The notes beneath the pieces were generated by a model. It was not told the DNA's origin. It saw only the letters and a list, made by a program, of their open reading frames with translations, and made no database searches. From the NCBI GenBank assembly GCA_963813155.1, contig CAWEYG010000003.1, forward strand, positions 224,001 to 288,000: DNA of 64,000 nt, in the 5' to 3' direction. Source of the stretch: an uncultured Acidobacteriota bacterium. Its GTDB lineage: Bacteria; Acidobacteriota; Thermoanaerobaculia; UBA5066; DATFVB01. Made by a program: the position numbers and the translations under genes. Of this stretch, positions 20,611 to 31,255 are shown one piece after another (position 1 is the first letter of the stretch; every line of letters starts with the position of its first letter).

Positions 20611-22645
20611 AGGTGACGCGCGCGCAGACGGGGATTTTCGCGGCTGCGGCGGCGCTGGCGCTCGTTCTGATCTTCTCGTTTCGGCGAGTGCCTCAGGCGA
20701 CACGCCAGCCCGCTCCCGCCGGAGGTGCGGTCGTGGGACCGGAAGGCGCGGGCCACCCCACGACGGTCCTCTCGGGCTTCGACTACGCGCAGACGTCCGC
20801 GGGAAAACCGAAATTTCAGGTCCATGCCGACCGCACAGTCGGATTCGCCCAGGGCGCGGGCCTGCCTTCGACGTGGTACGGCCTGGAATCGGTGACGCTG
20901 ACGCTTTTCGGCGAGGGCGGAGAGCCGTTCAAGGTCCGCTCGGATCGGGCGGATTACGACCCGCGGACGAAGGCCATGCATCTCAAGGGAAATGTCGTGA
21001 TGACGGAGACCTCGGGCACGGAGATTCGAACGGCGAACGTCGACTATGATCCCGCCCGCGACACGCTCCACGTTCCCGGAGCAGTCGAGATGCGGAGGGG
21101 CGGAATTCTCGGGCATGCGGCTTCCGCGGATTACCTCGCGGCGAGCAAGGAGCTTCAGCTCGCGGGACCAGTCACGGCGGAAGGGACGGCCGACCCGGCG
21201 GCTCCCGGGAAGGCGGCTTCTCCTTTCTCGACGCTCCGATCGGACCGTGCGGTCTACCGCCGGGTGCCGGGAGAGATCGAGCTCATCGGGCACGTCGCGG
21301 GGACGAGGGGCGCGGACAGCTTCTCCTCCGAATCGATGCGCCTGCACCTGACGGAGGCGAACCGGATCGACCACGCGGACGCCGAGGGAAGCATCCAGGG
21401 GTCGGTTGCCGGCGAGCCAGGTCAGCCTCCTCAGCGGTTTTCCGGAGATCGCGCGGCCCTCGAGTTCGGGCCGGCCGGCGAGCTCGACCGAACGCGATTG
21501 ACGGGAGCCCCCGCGTCGATCCAGTCCGACGCGGCGTCTCCCGAGGCCGGCGCGCGCCGCGTCGAGGCGCCCCTGCTCATTCTCGATTACGTGGCCGGGC
21601 GCCTTTCCCGGGCCTCCGCGGAGGGAGGGTCGCAACTCGTGCGCGATGGCCGTGGTCCCGCGGGAGAGCCCGTTCACGAAACGATTCGGTCGGAATCCGC
21701 CGAAGCCTCGTTCTCGAACGGAGTCGTTGGCGATGCGAAGTTTTCCGGAAACGTCGTCGCGACGTCGCCCGACGGGATCGCGAACGCGCCCGCCGCGGCC
21801 TTCGCGGCGGGGGAGAACCGGATGACTTTCCTGGCGTCGGGCAACCGCGATGCGGAAGTCTCCGCGCCCCGCGGAAGGGTCGTCGCCCGGCGCATCGACA
21901 TGTTCTCCGGCGCGTCTCGCCTCACGGCATCCGGTTCGGCGCGGGCCTTCCTGAAGCCTTCCTCCGGCGACGGAAGGCTCCCCGGCTTTCTCTCGTCCTC
22001 GAAGAAGCCGACGAGGGCGAAGGCGGAATCGATCGAATTCGACGACGCGGCGAAGACCGCGACATTCCGGGGCGGCGCCGCGATCTGGCAGGACGAAAAC
22101 GCCCTCTTCGGCGATACGATCCGGCTCTTCGATCGGGACCGCACGGCGACGGCGGACCGGAACGTTCGCGCCGTGTCGCTGTCCGCCGAGCCGCAGTCGG
22201 GCGGAAAGCCCCCGCCCCCACGACGATCACCTCCGACACGATGAAATACGAGGAGACGGGACGGTTGGCGCGGTTCGAGAATCACGTCGTGGCGCACCGC
22301 GGGCCCCAGATTGCGCTGGGCGACTCGGCCGAATCGCATTTCAACGCCCAGAACCAGATCGAGCGAACGATTGTGACCGGACACGCGAACTTCTCGGACT
22401 CCGCGACGGGGCGCCGCGGGACGGGAGACCGGGCCGAAGACGAGCCGCTCACCGGGGTCACGACGCTTTTCGGGGAGCCCGCCGTGGCCCACGACGCTCT
22501 CGGCAACCGAATCGCCGGCGCCGTTTTGACTTTCCGAAAAGACTCCGGTAGCGTCGAAGCAACGGCCAAAGACGGGCAAAAAATCGAGTCGACTTATCAG
22601 ACGAAGAGCCCGCCGCACGGCCGGACGCGCGGACAGATGCATTGA
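20607..22645 (+). CDS. Large LptC/LptA-like beta-jellyroll periplasmic LPS transport protein (frameshift in C-run near 22215)
   Basis: N-terminal membrane anchor; repeated beta-rich OstA-like units (ADYDP...HLKGNV; [11 protein letters not shown]; ARFENHVVA); directly upstream of lptB. Confidence 0.72.
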
Positions 22646-23385
22646 GCTCGATCGAGAACCCGGATCGCCTCCGGACAGAGGACCTCGTGAAGACGTATTC
22701 CGGCCGGCGGGTCGTGGAGGGCGTCTCGCTGTCCGTCGAGAGGGGGCAGATCGTGGGCCTTCTCGGCCCGAACGGGGCCGGAAAGACGACGACGTTCTAC
22801 CTCGTCGTGGGTCTCGTGTCTCCCGACTCGGGACGCGTGTGGCTCGGCGACCGGGAAATCACCGAGCTGCCGATGTACCGCCGCGCCCGGCTGGGCGTCT
22901 CCTACCTTCCGCAGGAGCCTTCCGTGTTTCGAAAGATGACCGCGGAAGAAAACCTCCTCGCGATTCTCGAAACGCTCGATCTCCCGAGATCGCAGCGCCT
23001 CGAGCGCTGCGACGAGCTGATCGAAAGCTTCGGGCTCGCGAAGGTGCGCCGGACTCGCGCCTATTCGCTTTCGGGGGGGGAGAGGCGCCGCCTCGAGATC
23101 GCCCGGTCGCTCGTCCTCTCGCCGTCGTTCGTCCTGCTCGACGAGCCCTTTGCGGGCATCGACCCGATCGCCGTGCTGGAAATCCAGAGAATCGTTCGCC
23201 GCCTCGCCGCCGAAAAGATCGGGATCCTCATCACGGACCACAACGTCCGGGAAACCTTGAAAATCGTGGATCGCGCTTATATCATCAATGAGGGCAAAAT
23301 TTTACGAGCAGGCACGCCGCTTGCTTTGTCGAACGATGACCTCGTCAAGGAAGTCTATCTTGGCGAAGAATTCACGCTCTCCTAG
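22642..23385 (+). CDS. lptB: LPS export ABC transporter ATPase
   Basis: [51 protein letters not shown]. Confidence 0.96.
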   Translation: MSSIENPDRLRTEDLVKTYSGRRVVEGVSLSVERGQIVGLLGPNGAGKTTTFYLVVGLVSPDSGRVWLGDREITELPMYRRARLGVSYLPQEPSVFRKMTAEENLLAILETLDLPRSQRLERCDELIESFGLAKVRRTRAYSLSGGERRRLEIARSLVLSPSFVLLDEPFAGIDPIAVLEIQRIVRRLAAEKIGILITDHNVRETLKIVDRAYIINEGKILRAGTPLALSNDDLVKEVYLGEEFTLS

Positions 23386-23406
23386 GGAACTCGATTAGAA
23401 GAGGCA

Positions 23407-24855
23407 ATGGCGCTCGAACAGAAGCTCAATCTCCGACTCTCTCAACGGCTCGTGATGACGCCGTCGCTGCAGCAGGCGATCAAGATGCTGCAGATGACCC
23501 GTCTGGAGCTCTCCGAGGCTGTCAACCAGGAGGTCATCGAGAATCCCGTTCTCGAGGACGCCACCGAGGAGGAAGAGACTCCCCAGCCGGCCGCGACGGC
23601 GGACGGGCAGGAAGCCGCCGCGCCCGCGGCCGAGACGCCCGAGACGCCGGAGCCGCAGAAGGATTCGTTCGAGGAAATCGACTACGAGTCGTATTTCCAG
23701 GACTACATGGAATCGGGATACAACCCGCGCCAGTACGAGGAGCGGGAGGAGATCCCGCTCGAGAACACCCTCGCCGAGCAACCCGACCTGACGGAATACC
23801 TCAACTGGCAGCTCGGGATGAGCGCCGCCCGGCCGGAGATCCGGAAGATCGGCGAATTCATCATCGGCAACATCGACGAGGACGGATACCTGCAGGTCTC
23901 CAATGAAGAGATCGCGGGGGCCGCCTCCGCGACTTTGGACGAAGTCGAGGAAGCGCTCGCGTTCGTCCGTTCCTTCGACCCTCCGGGGATCTGTGCTTTC
24001 GATCTCCCGGACTGCCTTCGGCGCCAGGTCCGGATGCTCGGCATCGAGAACCCTTTGCTCGACGAGATCCTCACGACCCACTGGAACCAGTTCCTGAACC
24101 GCCAGTTTGCCGCCCTCGCGAAAGAGCTCAACGTGACGATGCCCAACCTCCAGGCGGTGCTCGCGATCGTGAGGAACCTGGAGACGAAGCCGGGCCGCCG
24201 CTATTCCAGCGAGCGAACCGTCTACGTTCAGCCGGACGTCGTCGTCCGGAAGGTCGACGGGGAATACGTCGTGCTGCTCGACGAAGACGGCCTGCCGCGC
24301 CTGCGGATTTCGAACTCGTACCGGCGCATGCTCCACAACGAGAACGGCACGCTCGCGGCGGAAGCGAAGGAGTACCTGAAGGAACGCATGCGCTCCGCCG
24401 TCTGGCTGATCAAGTCTCTCGACCAGAGGCAGCGGACGATCTACAAGGTCGCGGAATCGATCGTCACGCACCAGAAGGATTTCCTGGACCGCGGGATCGA
24501 ATTCCTCCGGCCGCTCGTCCTGCGCGACGTCGCGAACGACATCGGAATGCACGAGTCGACGGTTTCGCGCGTCGTTTCGAACAAGTACATGCAAACGCCG
24601 CGCGGAATCCTTCCGATGAAGTACTTCTTCCACACGGGAATCGATTCCTCGGAGGGGGAGGACGTGTCTTCCCTTTCGATCAAGAATAAGATCTCCAAGA
24701 TGATTGCGGATGAAGATCCGAAGAAGCCGCTTTCGGATGCGAAGCTCATGCAGAAGCTTCGAAGCGAGGGCATTCAGATCGCGCGGCGGACCGTCGCGAA
24801 GTACCGCGAAGAGTTGAGGCTGGCGTCTTCGAGCCAGCGAAAAGCCATCTTCTGA
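23407..24855 (+). CDS. rpoN: RNA polymerase sigma-54 factor
   Basis: MTPSLQQAIKMLQ, HESTVSR, RpoN box ARRTVAKYR. Confidence 0.97.
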   Translation: MALEQKLNLRLSQRLVMTPSLQQAIKMLQMTRLELSEAVNQEVIENPVLEDATEEEETPQPAATADGQEAAAPAAETPETPEPQKDSFEEIDYESYFQDYMESGYNPRQYEEREEIPLENTLAEQPDLTEYLNWQLGMSAARPEIRKIGEFIIGNIDEDGYLQVSNEEIAGAASATLDEVEEALAFVRSFDPPGICAFDLPDCLRRQVRMLGIENPLLDEILTTHWNQFLNRQFAALAKELNVTMPNLQAVLAIVRNLETKPGRRYSSERTVYVQPDVVVRKVDGEYVVLLDEDGLPRLRISNSYRRMLHNENGTLAAEAKEYLKERMRSAVWLIKSLDQRQRTIYKVAESIVTHQKDFLDRGIEFLRPLVLRDVANDIGMHESTVSRVVSNKYMQTPRGILPMKYFFHTGIDSSEGEDVSSLSIKNKISKMIADEDPKKPLSDAKLMQKLRSEGIQIARRTVAKYREELRLASSSQRKAIF

Positions 24856-24882
24856 CGTTCGAGCTCTGAAAGGAGGCGCTTC

Positions 24883-25434
24883 ATGGCCATCGAGATCACG
24901 GGACGGCACATCGAAGTCCCGTTGCGGGAGAAGCAGCGGGTCGAGGAGCGCCTCACGCGGATGGAACGGCACACGGGGAAGATCGACGATGCCCGCCTCG
25001 TCGTGACCGGCGAAAAGCACCGGGTGCTCGCCGAGGCCATCATCGCGAGCGGGCGGGAAACGTGGAAGGCTCACGAGGAGAGCGCCGACCTTCCGACCGC
25101 GCTCGTCTCGGTCCTCGACAAAATCGAAACGCAGGCGAAGAGGGATCGGGCCCGCCGCAAGGACCACAAGGGAAAAATCTCCGCCCGGGCCGCGACCTCC
25201 GAGTGGGAGGTCGAGGTGATCGCGCGCGGGGAAATCCCGGTCGCCCCGCAGGACCGCCGGATCGTCAAGACGACGCGCATCCCGATCAAGCCGATGTCGG
25301 CGGAGGAAGCGGCCTTCGAGCTCGAGGATTCGCTCCACGAGTTCATCGTCTTCCAGGACGCGTCCTCGGAGCGCGTTTCGGTTCTCTACAAGCGACGCGA
25401 CGGCAATTTCGGCCTCATCGCTCCGGAGTGGTGA
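24883..25434 (+). CDS. hpf: Ribosome hibernation promoting factor (long HPF)
   Basis: IEITGRHIEV; C-terminal KPMSAEEA...VLYKRRDGNFGLI; follows rpoN. Confidence 0.9.
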   Translation: MAIEITGRHIEVPLREKQRVEERLTRMERHTGKIDDARLVVTGEKHRVLAEAIIASGRETWKAHEESADLPTALVSVLDKIETQAKRDRARRKDHKGKISARAATSEWEVEVIARGEIPVAPQDRRIVKTTRIPIKPMSAEEAAFELEDSLHEFIVFQDASSERVSVLYKRRDGNFGLIAPEW

Positions 25435-25910
25435 TGGCGCAGTCCGCGTCGTCTCCGTTCGAGACCCGCCGGATTTTCCTCGACGTGCCGGCCGGTTCCA
25501 TGACGGCCGCCATCGAGGACATGGCGCGGCGCCTGAAGGAGTCGGGAGACATCAAAGACCCCGCGGACCTCGCGGGAAAGGTCGTCGAGCGCGAGAAGCT
25601 CGGGTGCACCGGCCTCGGCAGCGGCATCGCGATCCCGCATTGCAAGCTGGACGGGCTGGAGAGCGTGCTGCTGGCCGTCGGGGTCTCGAAAGAGGGCGTC
25701 GATTTCCATGCGCTCGACGGGAGGCTCGTCCGGCTCATCTTTCTCGTGCTCTCGCCGGCGGAGGCTCCCGCCGGACACCTGCAGGCCCTCGCGAGGATCT
25801 CGCGCCTCGTCAAGACGCCCGGGATCACGGAGGGAATTCTGTCCGCCGCCAGCCCCGACCAGATCGGCCGCCTCCTTCTCGAAGCCGAATCGAAAATGTC
25901 GGTCGTATGA
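25434..25910 (+). CDS. ptsN: PTS EIIA, nitrogen-regulatory type
   Basis: ERE..GCTGLGSGIAIPH with phospho-His; DFHALDG..V.LIF. Confidence 0.85.
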   Translation: MAQSASSPFETRRIFLDVPAGSMTAAIEDMARRLKESGDIKDPADLAGKVVEREKLGCTGLGSGIAIPHCKLDGLESVLLAVGVSKEGVDFHALDGRLVRLIFLVLSPAEAPAGHLQALARISRLVKTPGITEGILSAASPDQIGRLLLEAESKMSVV

Positions 25911-26887
25911 GGGAGTCGCAGGCGGACAACCTCACGACGGAGGACCTCCGCAGCGCTCCTTCGCTCGGCGTCCTTGCTCTCACTCTCGTTGCGGGCGAGG
26001 AGGGCCTTTCCCGCCCCCTCACCGGCTGGCGAATTCAAAGGCCGGGGCTCGCGATCGCCGGCTTTCTGCCGTACATCAAGCCGGGCCGCATTCAGATCCT
26101 CGGCCAGAGCGAGCTCGACTACATCGACACCCTCTCGGAGCTGGAAAGACGCCAGCGAATCGCCGCGATCACGGCCCTTCCGGTCGCGGGGTTCGTCGTC
26201 ACGAAGGGCCTGACGCCTCCGCCCGAGTTGCTTCGCGAATGCCGCAGCCGTCAGGTTCCGCTCTTCGTGAGCGAGCTGACGACGTCGGTCGTCATTCAGC
26301 GGATCACCGGAATGCTCGAGGAATCGCTCGCCCCGAAGCAGACCGTTCACGGAGTCTTCCTCGACGTCCACGGCATGGGGGTGCTGCTGGTCGGAGAGTC
26401 GGGAATCGGAAAGAGCGAGTGCGCGCTCGACCTGATCCAGCGCGGGCATCGCCTCGTCGCGGACGATGCCGTTCAGATCCGAAGGTTCCCGTCGGGGCAG
26501 CTCGTGGGACGCGCCTCCAACCTGATTCGCTACCACATGGAGCTTCGCGGCATCGGCATCATCAATATCAAGCACCTGTTCGGAGTCTCTGCGGTTCGGA
26601 CTTCCCAGTCGGTGGAGCTCGTGATCTCCCTCGAACGCTGGAAGGCGGGGGAGCAGTACGACCGGCTCGGCCTCCTTCACGAGACCTACGACATCCTGGG
26701 AGAGAAGCGTCCCCTCCTGCGGCTTCCCGTCGCGTCGGGTCGAAACCTCTCGATCCTGATCGAGATCGCGGCGCGCAACGAGCTGCTGAAGCTTCAGGGC
26801 TACGACGCGGCGCGGGAGTTCACCGAGCGCGTGGACGAAGAGATCGCGAAAAACGCCCGCGCTTCGCTCCCGCACGGGAAAGCTTGA
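25907..26887 (+). CDS. hprK: HPr kinase/phosphorylase
   Basis: HGVFLDVHGMGVLLVGESGIGKSE, LVADD, ELRGIGII. Confidence 0.95.
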   Translation: MRESQADNLTTEDLRSAPSLGVLALTLVAGEEGLSRPLTGWRIQRPGLAIAGFLPYIKPGRIQILGQSELDYIDTLSELERRQRIAAITALPVAGFVVTKGLTPPPELLRECRSRQVPLFVSELTTSVVIQRITGMLEESLAPKQTVHGVFLDVHGMGVLLVGESGIGKSECALDLIQRGHRLVADDAVQIRRFPSGQLVGRASNLIRYHMELRGIGIINIKHLFGVSAVRTSQSVELVISLERWKAGEQYDRLGLLHETYDILGEKRPLLRLPVASGRNLSILIEIAARNELLKLQGYDAAREFTERVDEEIAKNARASLPHGKA

Positions 26888-27750
26888 GCGGCGGTCCCGA
26901 AAGCTTCGTCATTGTCACCGGCCTTTCCGGATCGGGGAAGAGCTACGTCGAACGCTGCTTCGAGGACATCGGTTTCTTCTGCATCGACAACCTGCCGCTC
27001 TCCCTTCTCGGCTCGCTCCTCGACGAGCTGCTCGCCGGCGAGGCGCCGAAGCAGAAGGTCTGCGTCGTGCTCGACATCCGGAATCCGGGCTTCGCGTCCC
27101 AATTCCCCGAGACCTACCGCCGGATCCGGGAGCGCGTCCCGGGCGCGAAGCTGATTTTCCTGGATGCTTCCGAGGAATCGCTCATCCGGAGGTTCTCGGA
27201 GACCCGGCGTCCCCATCCGATCGCGGAAGGAACGTCCCTGCTCGAAGCGCTCCGGCGAGAGCGGGAGATGCTCTCCGACGTCCGGTCGCTCGCCGATCTG
27301 CTGATCGACACGTCGTCGTTGACGGTTCACGAGCTGCGGGGGGTGATTTCCCGGACCTTCGGGTCGGGGGAGAGAGGGCTCGTCGCGTCGATTACCTCCT
27401 TCGGGTTCAAGCACGGGTCGCCGTACGACGTCGATCTCCTCTTCGACGTGCGCTTTCTCGCAAACCCGCATTTCGTGCCCGAACTGAGGGGGAAGACCGG
27501 GGAAGACGCGGCCGTGGCGGCCTACATCGAGAAGGATCCGGAAACGGCCCCGTTCCTCGAACGTCTGCTAGACTTCGTCGGCTATCTGCTGCCGCGATAT
27601 GAAAAAGAGAACAAGAGTTACCTGTCGATCGGCATCGGCTGCACGGGCGGCCGGCACCGATCCGTGTACGTCGCGGAGCGGCTGGCCGAAGCCCTCCGGC
27701 AGAAGAAGTTTCCCGTTCGCGTGCGGCATCGCGACGCCGGACGGGAATAG
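26884..27750 (+). CDS. rapZ: RNase adapter RapZ (P-loop ATPase)
   Basis: VTGLSGSGKS, CIDNLP, ETRRPHP, SFGFKHG, GCTGGRHRSV. Confidence 0.95.
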   Translation: MSGGPESFVIVTGLSGSGKSYVERCFEDIGFFCIDNLPLSLLGSLLDELLAGEAPKQKVCVVLDIRNPGFASQFPETYRRIRERVPGAKLIFLDASEESLIRRFSETRRPHPIAEGTSLLEALRREREMLSDVRSLADLLIDTSSLTVHELRGVISRTFGSGERGLVASITSFGFKHGSPYDVDLLFDVRFLANPHFVPELRGKTGEDAAVAAYIEKDPETAPFLERLLDFVGYLLPRYEKENKSYLSIGIGCTGGRHRSVYVAERLAEALRQKKFPVRVRHRDAGRE

Positions 27751-27768
27751 CGCAGCGGCGAAGCGATC

Positions 27769-28200
27769 ATGATCGGAATTCTCATCCTCACGCACGGGGA
27801 AATCGCCGAGCAGCTCGCGCTCGCCGCGAGGGCGATCTCTTCCGAGACCGAAAAGATCGAGGCGGTCGGGCTCGGCTGGAACGAGGACCCCGAGGCCGCG
27901 AGGCGCCGAATCGAGACCGCGATCGCGGCCGTCAGCGGCGGCGGGGGAGTCCTCGTCCTCACCGACATGTTCGGGGGAACGCCCTCGAACATCGCCTTTC
28001 CGTTTCTCCAGGAGGGGACCGTCGAGATCGTGACCGGCGTGAACCTTCCCATGGTCCTTCGCAGCCTCGCGACCCGAAAAAGCGACCCGCTGCCGGTCCT
28101 CGCCCGCGCCGTGCGGGAGAGAGGGCGGAAGGCGATCGAGGTGGCTTCGGACTACCTGAGCGAGAGGACGGCCGTGGCCGCGCCGGCCGGGGAAAAATGA
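27769..28200 (+). CDS. PTS EIIA, mannose/fructose type
   Basis: ILILTHG, LTDMFGGTPSN, TGVNLPM. Confidence 0.92.
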   Translation: MIGILILTHGEIAEQLALAARAISSETEKIEAVGLGWNEDPEAARRRIETAIAAVSGGGGVLVLTDMFGGTPSNIAFPFLQEGTVEIVTGVNLPMVLRSLATRKSDPLPVLARAVRERGRKAIEVASDYLSERTAVAAPAGEK

Positions 28201-28466
28201 TCACGAAATCGATCGAAATCCGAAACCGCCTCGGCCTCCACGCGCGCGCCGCCGCGAAGCTCGTCCATACGTCCAGTCGATTCCGCTCGTCGGTGCGGAT
28301 CCGAAAGGACGACGAGGAAGTCGACGGGAAATCGATCCTCGGGATCCTTCTCCTCGCGGCGTCCAACGGAACGACCCTTCAGGTCATCGTCGAGGGAGAA
28401 GACGAACGAGAAGCCTCGACGGCCGTCGAGGATCTCATCGCCCGAAGGTTCGACGAGGAAGAGTAG
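28197..28466 (+). CDS. ptsH: Phosphocarrier protein HPr
   Basis: GLHARAA (His15), VDGKSILG (Ser46). Confidence 0.94.
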   Translation: MITKSIEIRNRLGLHARAAAKLVHTSSRFRSSVRIRKDDEEVDGKSILGILLLAASNGTTLQVIVEGEDEREASTAVEDLIARRFDEEE

Positions 28467-28469
28467 GAC

Positions 28470-30173
28470 ATGCTCCGGGGCCAGAGCGTTTCCGCCGGCC
28501 TGGCCGTCGGGCGGGCCGCCGTGCTTCGCACCGCGCGCGGGTGGGTCGCCCGGGTTCCGATCGCGACCCACAAGGTGGAGGCCGAGTGCCGGCGGCTTCG
28601 CGCCGCCGCGGAAGCCGCTTCGGGAAAGCTCGCGGCGCTCGCCGGAGACCGCTCGGCGGCAATCGGCGGCGAAGTTTCGGCGATTCTTTCGGCGCATGCT
28701 CTGATCGCGCTGGATCCGGACTTCCTCAAGCCGATCGAGAAGATGATCCGCCGGGAGCAGGTCAACGCGGAGTGGTCGCTGCGATTCCGGGCCGAAGAGC
28801 TGAAGAGCGAGTTCGGAGAGTTGAGCGACCCGGTGTTTTCCGAGCGCGGCGACGACGTTCTCGAGGTCGCGCGCGCGATCGCCGCCGAGCTCGCCGGTCC
28901 CCCCGAGCGCGCTTTTCAGGCGCTCGCCGTGGACGGCGGCTCGATCCTCGTCGCCGACGAGCTTTCGCCGGCCCAGGCCGCCCGGCTCAATCCGCGGCAT
29001 TTCACGGGAATCGCGCTCGAGCGCGGAGGCATCCATTCGCATGCCGCGATCATCGCCCGATCGTTCGGGCTTCCGGCCGTCGTGGGCGTCGCCGGCTTGC
29101 TCGATCTCGTCGCGAAGAGCCGCCCGATCATCGTGGACGGGGACCGGGGAACCGTCGAGCCGAACCCGACGAAAGAACAGATCCGGAGGGGCCTGGAACG
29201 CGTCCAGTCCCGGAAGCGGGAGCGGGAGAAGAAGGCCGTACCGCGGCGCGTCGACCCCGGCACCGCCGACGGCGTGCGCGTTGCGTTTCGAGCGAATCTC
29301 GAGCTGGAGGCGGAAGCGGAGGCCCTCGACTCGAGCGGCGCGGAGGGCATCGGCCTCTTCCGCTCGGAATTCCTCGCGCTCGACATCCCCGGGGGAGCGC
29401 CGGGAGTCGAGGAGCAGCAGCGCGTGTACGAATCTCTCCTGCGGCGCGCAAAGCCTCACCCGGTCGTCGTTCGGACCTACGACCTGGGAGGGGAGAAGGA
29501 ATTCGGGGCTCCCGCGACGGGTCCGCTCGGGCTGCGCGGCATCCGTTACAGCCTCGCGAACCCCGCGATGTTCCGCGACCAGCTGCGGGCCCTTCTCCGG
29601 GCGTCGAAGCAGGGAGACCTCCGCATCCTCCTTCCGATGGTCTCCGAGATCGGCGAAGTGCGGGAAGCCCGGCGGCACCTTGCGGAGGTCGCGCGGGAGG
29701 AAGGGCTCGAGAGGCTCCCCGCCGTCGGCGCGATGGTGGAGATTCCCTCGGCCGCGCTGACCGCGCCGGCGCTCGCGAGCGAGTGCGATTTTTTCTCGAT
29801 CGGGACGAACGATCTGGCCCAGTATGCTCTCGCGGCGGACCGGAGCGACCCCGGCGTGGCGGCCTATTATCGGCCCGCGTCGCCGGCCGTTTTGCGGATG
29901 ATAAAATGGGTCGTGGATGCGGGCGAACAATCGAACCGGCCGGTTTCCGTTTGCGGCGAGCTCGCGGGCGATCCCCTCGGCGCGGCCCTTCTGGTCGGGC
30001 TCGGAGTGAGAGACCTCTCGATGTCGCCGGTGCTGATTCCGAGGGTTCAGGACGTTCTCTCGATGCTCGACTCGGCGCGGCTCGTCGAGGTCGCCTCGCG
30101 GGCGCTCGACTGCAGAACGTCCGACGAGGTCGTCGACGTTCTCAACCGCCTGAAGAAAAAGATCGACGCCTGA
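28470..30173 (+). CDS. ptsI: PEP-protein phosphotransferase (Enzyme I)
   Basis: HSHAAIIARS, GIGLFRSEF, DFFSIGTNDL, VCGELAGD. Confidence 0.92.
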   Translation: MLRGQSVSAGLAVGRAAVLRTARGWVARVPIATHKVEAECRRLRAAAEAASGKLAALAGDRSAAIGGEVSAILSAHALIALDPDFLKPIEKMIRREQVNAEWSLRFRAEELKSEFGELSDPVFSERGDDVLEVARAIAAELAGPPERAFQALAVDGGSILVADELSPAQAARLNPRHFTGIALERGGIHSHAAIIARSFGLPAVVGVAGLLDLVAKSRPIIVDGDRGTVEPNPTKEQIRRGLERVQSRKREREKKAVPRRVDPGTADGVRVAFRANLELEAEAEALDSSGAEGIGLFRSEFLALDIPGGAPGVEEQQRVYESLLRRAKPHPVVVRTYDLGGEKEFGAPATGPLGLRGIRYSLANPAMFRDQLRALLRASKQGDLRILLPMVSEIGEVREARRHLAEVAREEGLERLPAVGAMVEIPSAALTAPALASECDFFSIGTNDLAQYALAADRSDPGVAAYYRPASPAVLRMIKWVVDAGEQSNRPVSVCGELAGDPLGAALLVGLGVRDLSMSPVLIPRVQDVLSMLDSARLVEVASRALDCRTSDEVVDVLNRLKKKIDA

Positions 30174-30544
30174 TGCGAAGAGTCGAGAAGCCGTGGGGGC
30201 ACGAGGTCATCTACGCCGAGAACGACCGGTACGCGGGAAAGATTCTCTTCGTGAAGGCCGGGGAGCGCCTCTCTCTCCAGTACCACGAGAAGAAAGACGA
30301 GACGATCCTGGTGCTCAGCGGGGAGCTCGACCTCCAGATCGAGGAAAAAGGGGAGCTCGTTCTTCGCCGGCTCAAGCCCGGAGATTCCTGTCACATCCCT
30401 CCCCGCGCCCGCCACCGGATGATCGGCGCGACCGACTGCCAGATTGCGGAGGCCTCGAGTCCCGAGTTGGACGACGTGGTTCGACTCGAAGACAGCTATG
30501 GACGAGCGGACGGGAATGAAAACGCAGCAAATCGTGTATTATGA
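30173..30544 (+). CDS. Cupin domain protein (mannose-6-phosphate isomerase type II C-terminal-like)
   Basis: RVEKPWG, LSLQYHEKKDE, DDVVRLEDSYGR. Confidence 0.85.
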   Translation: MRRVEKPWGHEVIYAENDRYAGKILFVKAGERLSLQYHEKKDETILVLSGELDLQIEEKGELVLRRLKPGDSCHIPPRARHRMIGATDCQIAEASSPELDDVVRLEDSYGRADGNENAANRVL

Positions 30545-31255
30545 ATAAGTTAGAAGTATTGCCTCCCGCTTCTTTTTCTATCGGTCGCAGTTCCGGGGAG
30601 ATGTGAAGATCCGGCGTCTTCGACAGAGAAAGCTCCGGAGACTCGGACGGAAACGCCGGCGCGCCGGCTGAAGGGGGAGTTCAAGGGGCACCCGATCGCG
30701 GTTTCTCCCGAATCGGAGAAGCCGGAGCCGTCGAAACCGGAGGGCCGGAAGCATTCCGCCGAAAAGAAGCCGGCGGGAAAACCGAAGGAGTCGCGCTCCG
30801 AGAAGCCTCTCGTTCTCGACAACGCAATGGTCGGGGCCGACTCCCGTCGATCCGGCGCCAAGGGGGAGTCTCCACGTCCCGCAGCGGCCGCGCCCTCGTC
30901 GGCTCCGTCCTCGGCGGCACCGCCTCCCTCGGCGGTGACGCCAGCCGTACCCGTCGATCTGAACGGAAACGGCGAGGCCTACTGGCGGGCCAGGGCCGCG
31001 CAGCTGCGAGAAGGCCTCGCTCGGGCTCAGCAAACCCTTGAAGCCGCGCAGCTCGAAGAGAAACGCGAAGAGAACGATTTCTACGCCTGGGACGACGGGC
31101 AGTACCGCGACAACGTGATCAAGCCGGCCTGGGATCGCAGCAAGGAAGAGACGGTGCGGGCACAGGAAGCCCTCGTGACCGCCCAGAAGTCCGTCGACGA
31201 GCTCGAAGACGACGCGCGCAAGGCGGGCGCCTACCCCGGCTGGATCCGCGAATGA
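30541..31255 (+). CDS. Hypothetical secreted coiled-coil protein (probable frameshift at about 30553)
   Basis: Frame open from 30554 with a signal-like KYCLPLLFLSVAVPG; ATG 30541 overlaps the cupin stop; C-terminal YWRARA...ARKAGAYPGWIRE. Confidence 0.6.

Noticed and set aside
15795-22244. 2149-aa giant ORF
   Set aside because: It is a chimera of off-frame priA/accA sequence, the RecJ N-terminus and the LptC/A frame, produced by high GC content and an indel.
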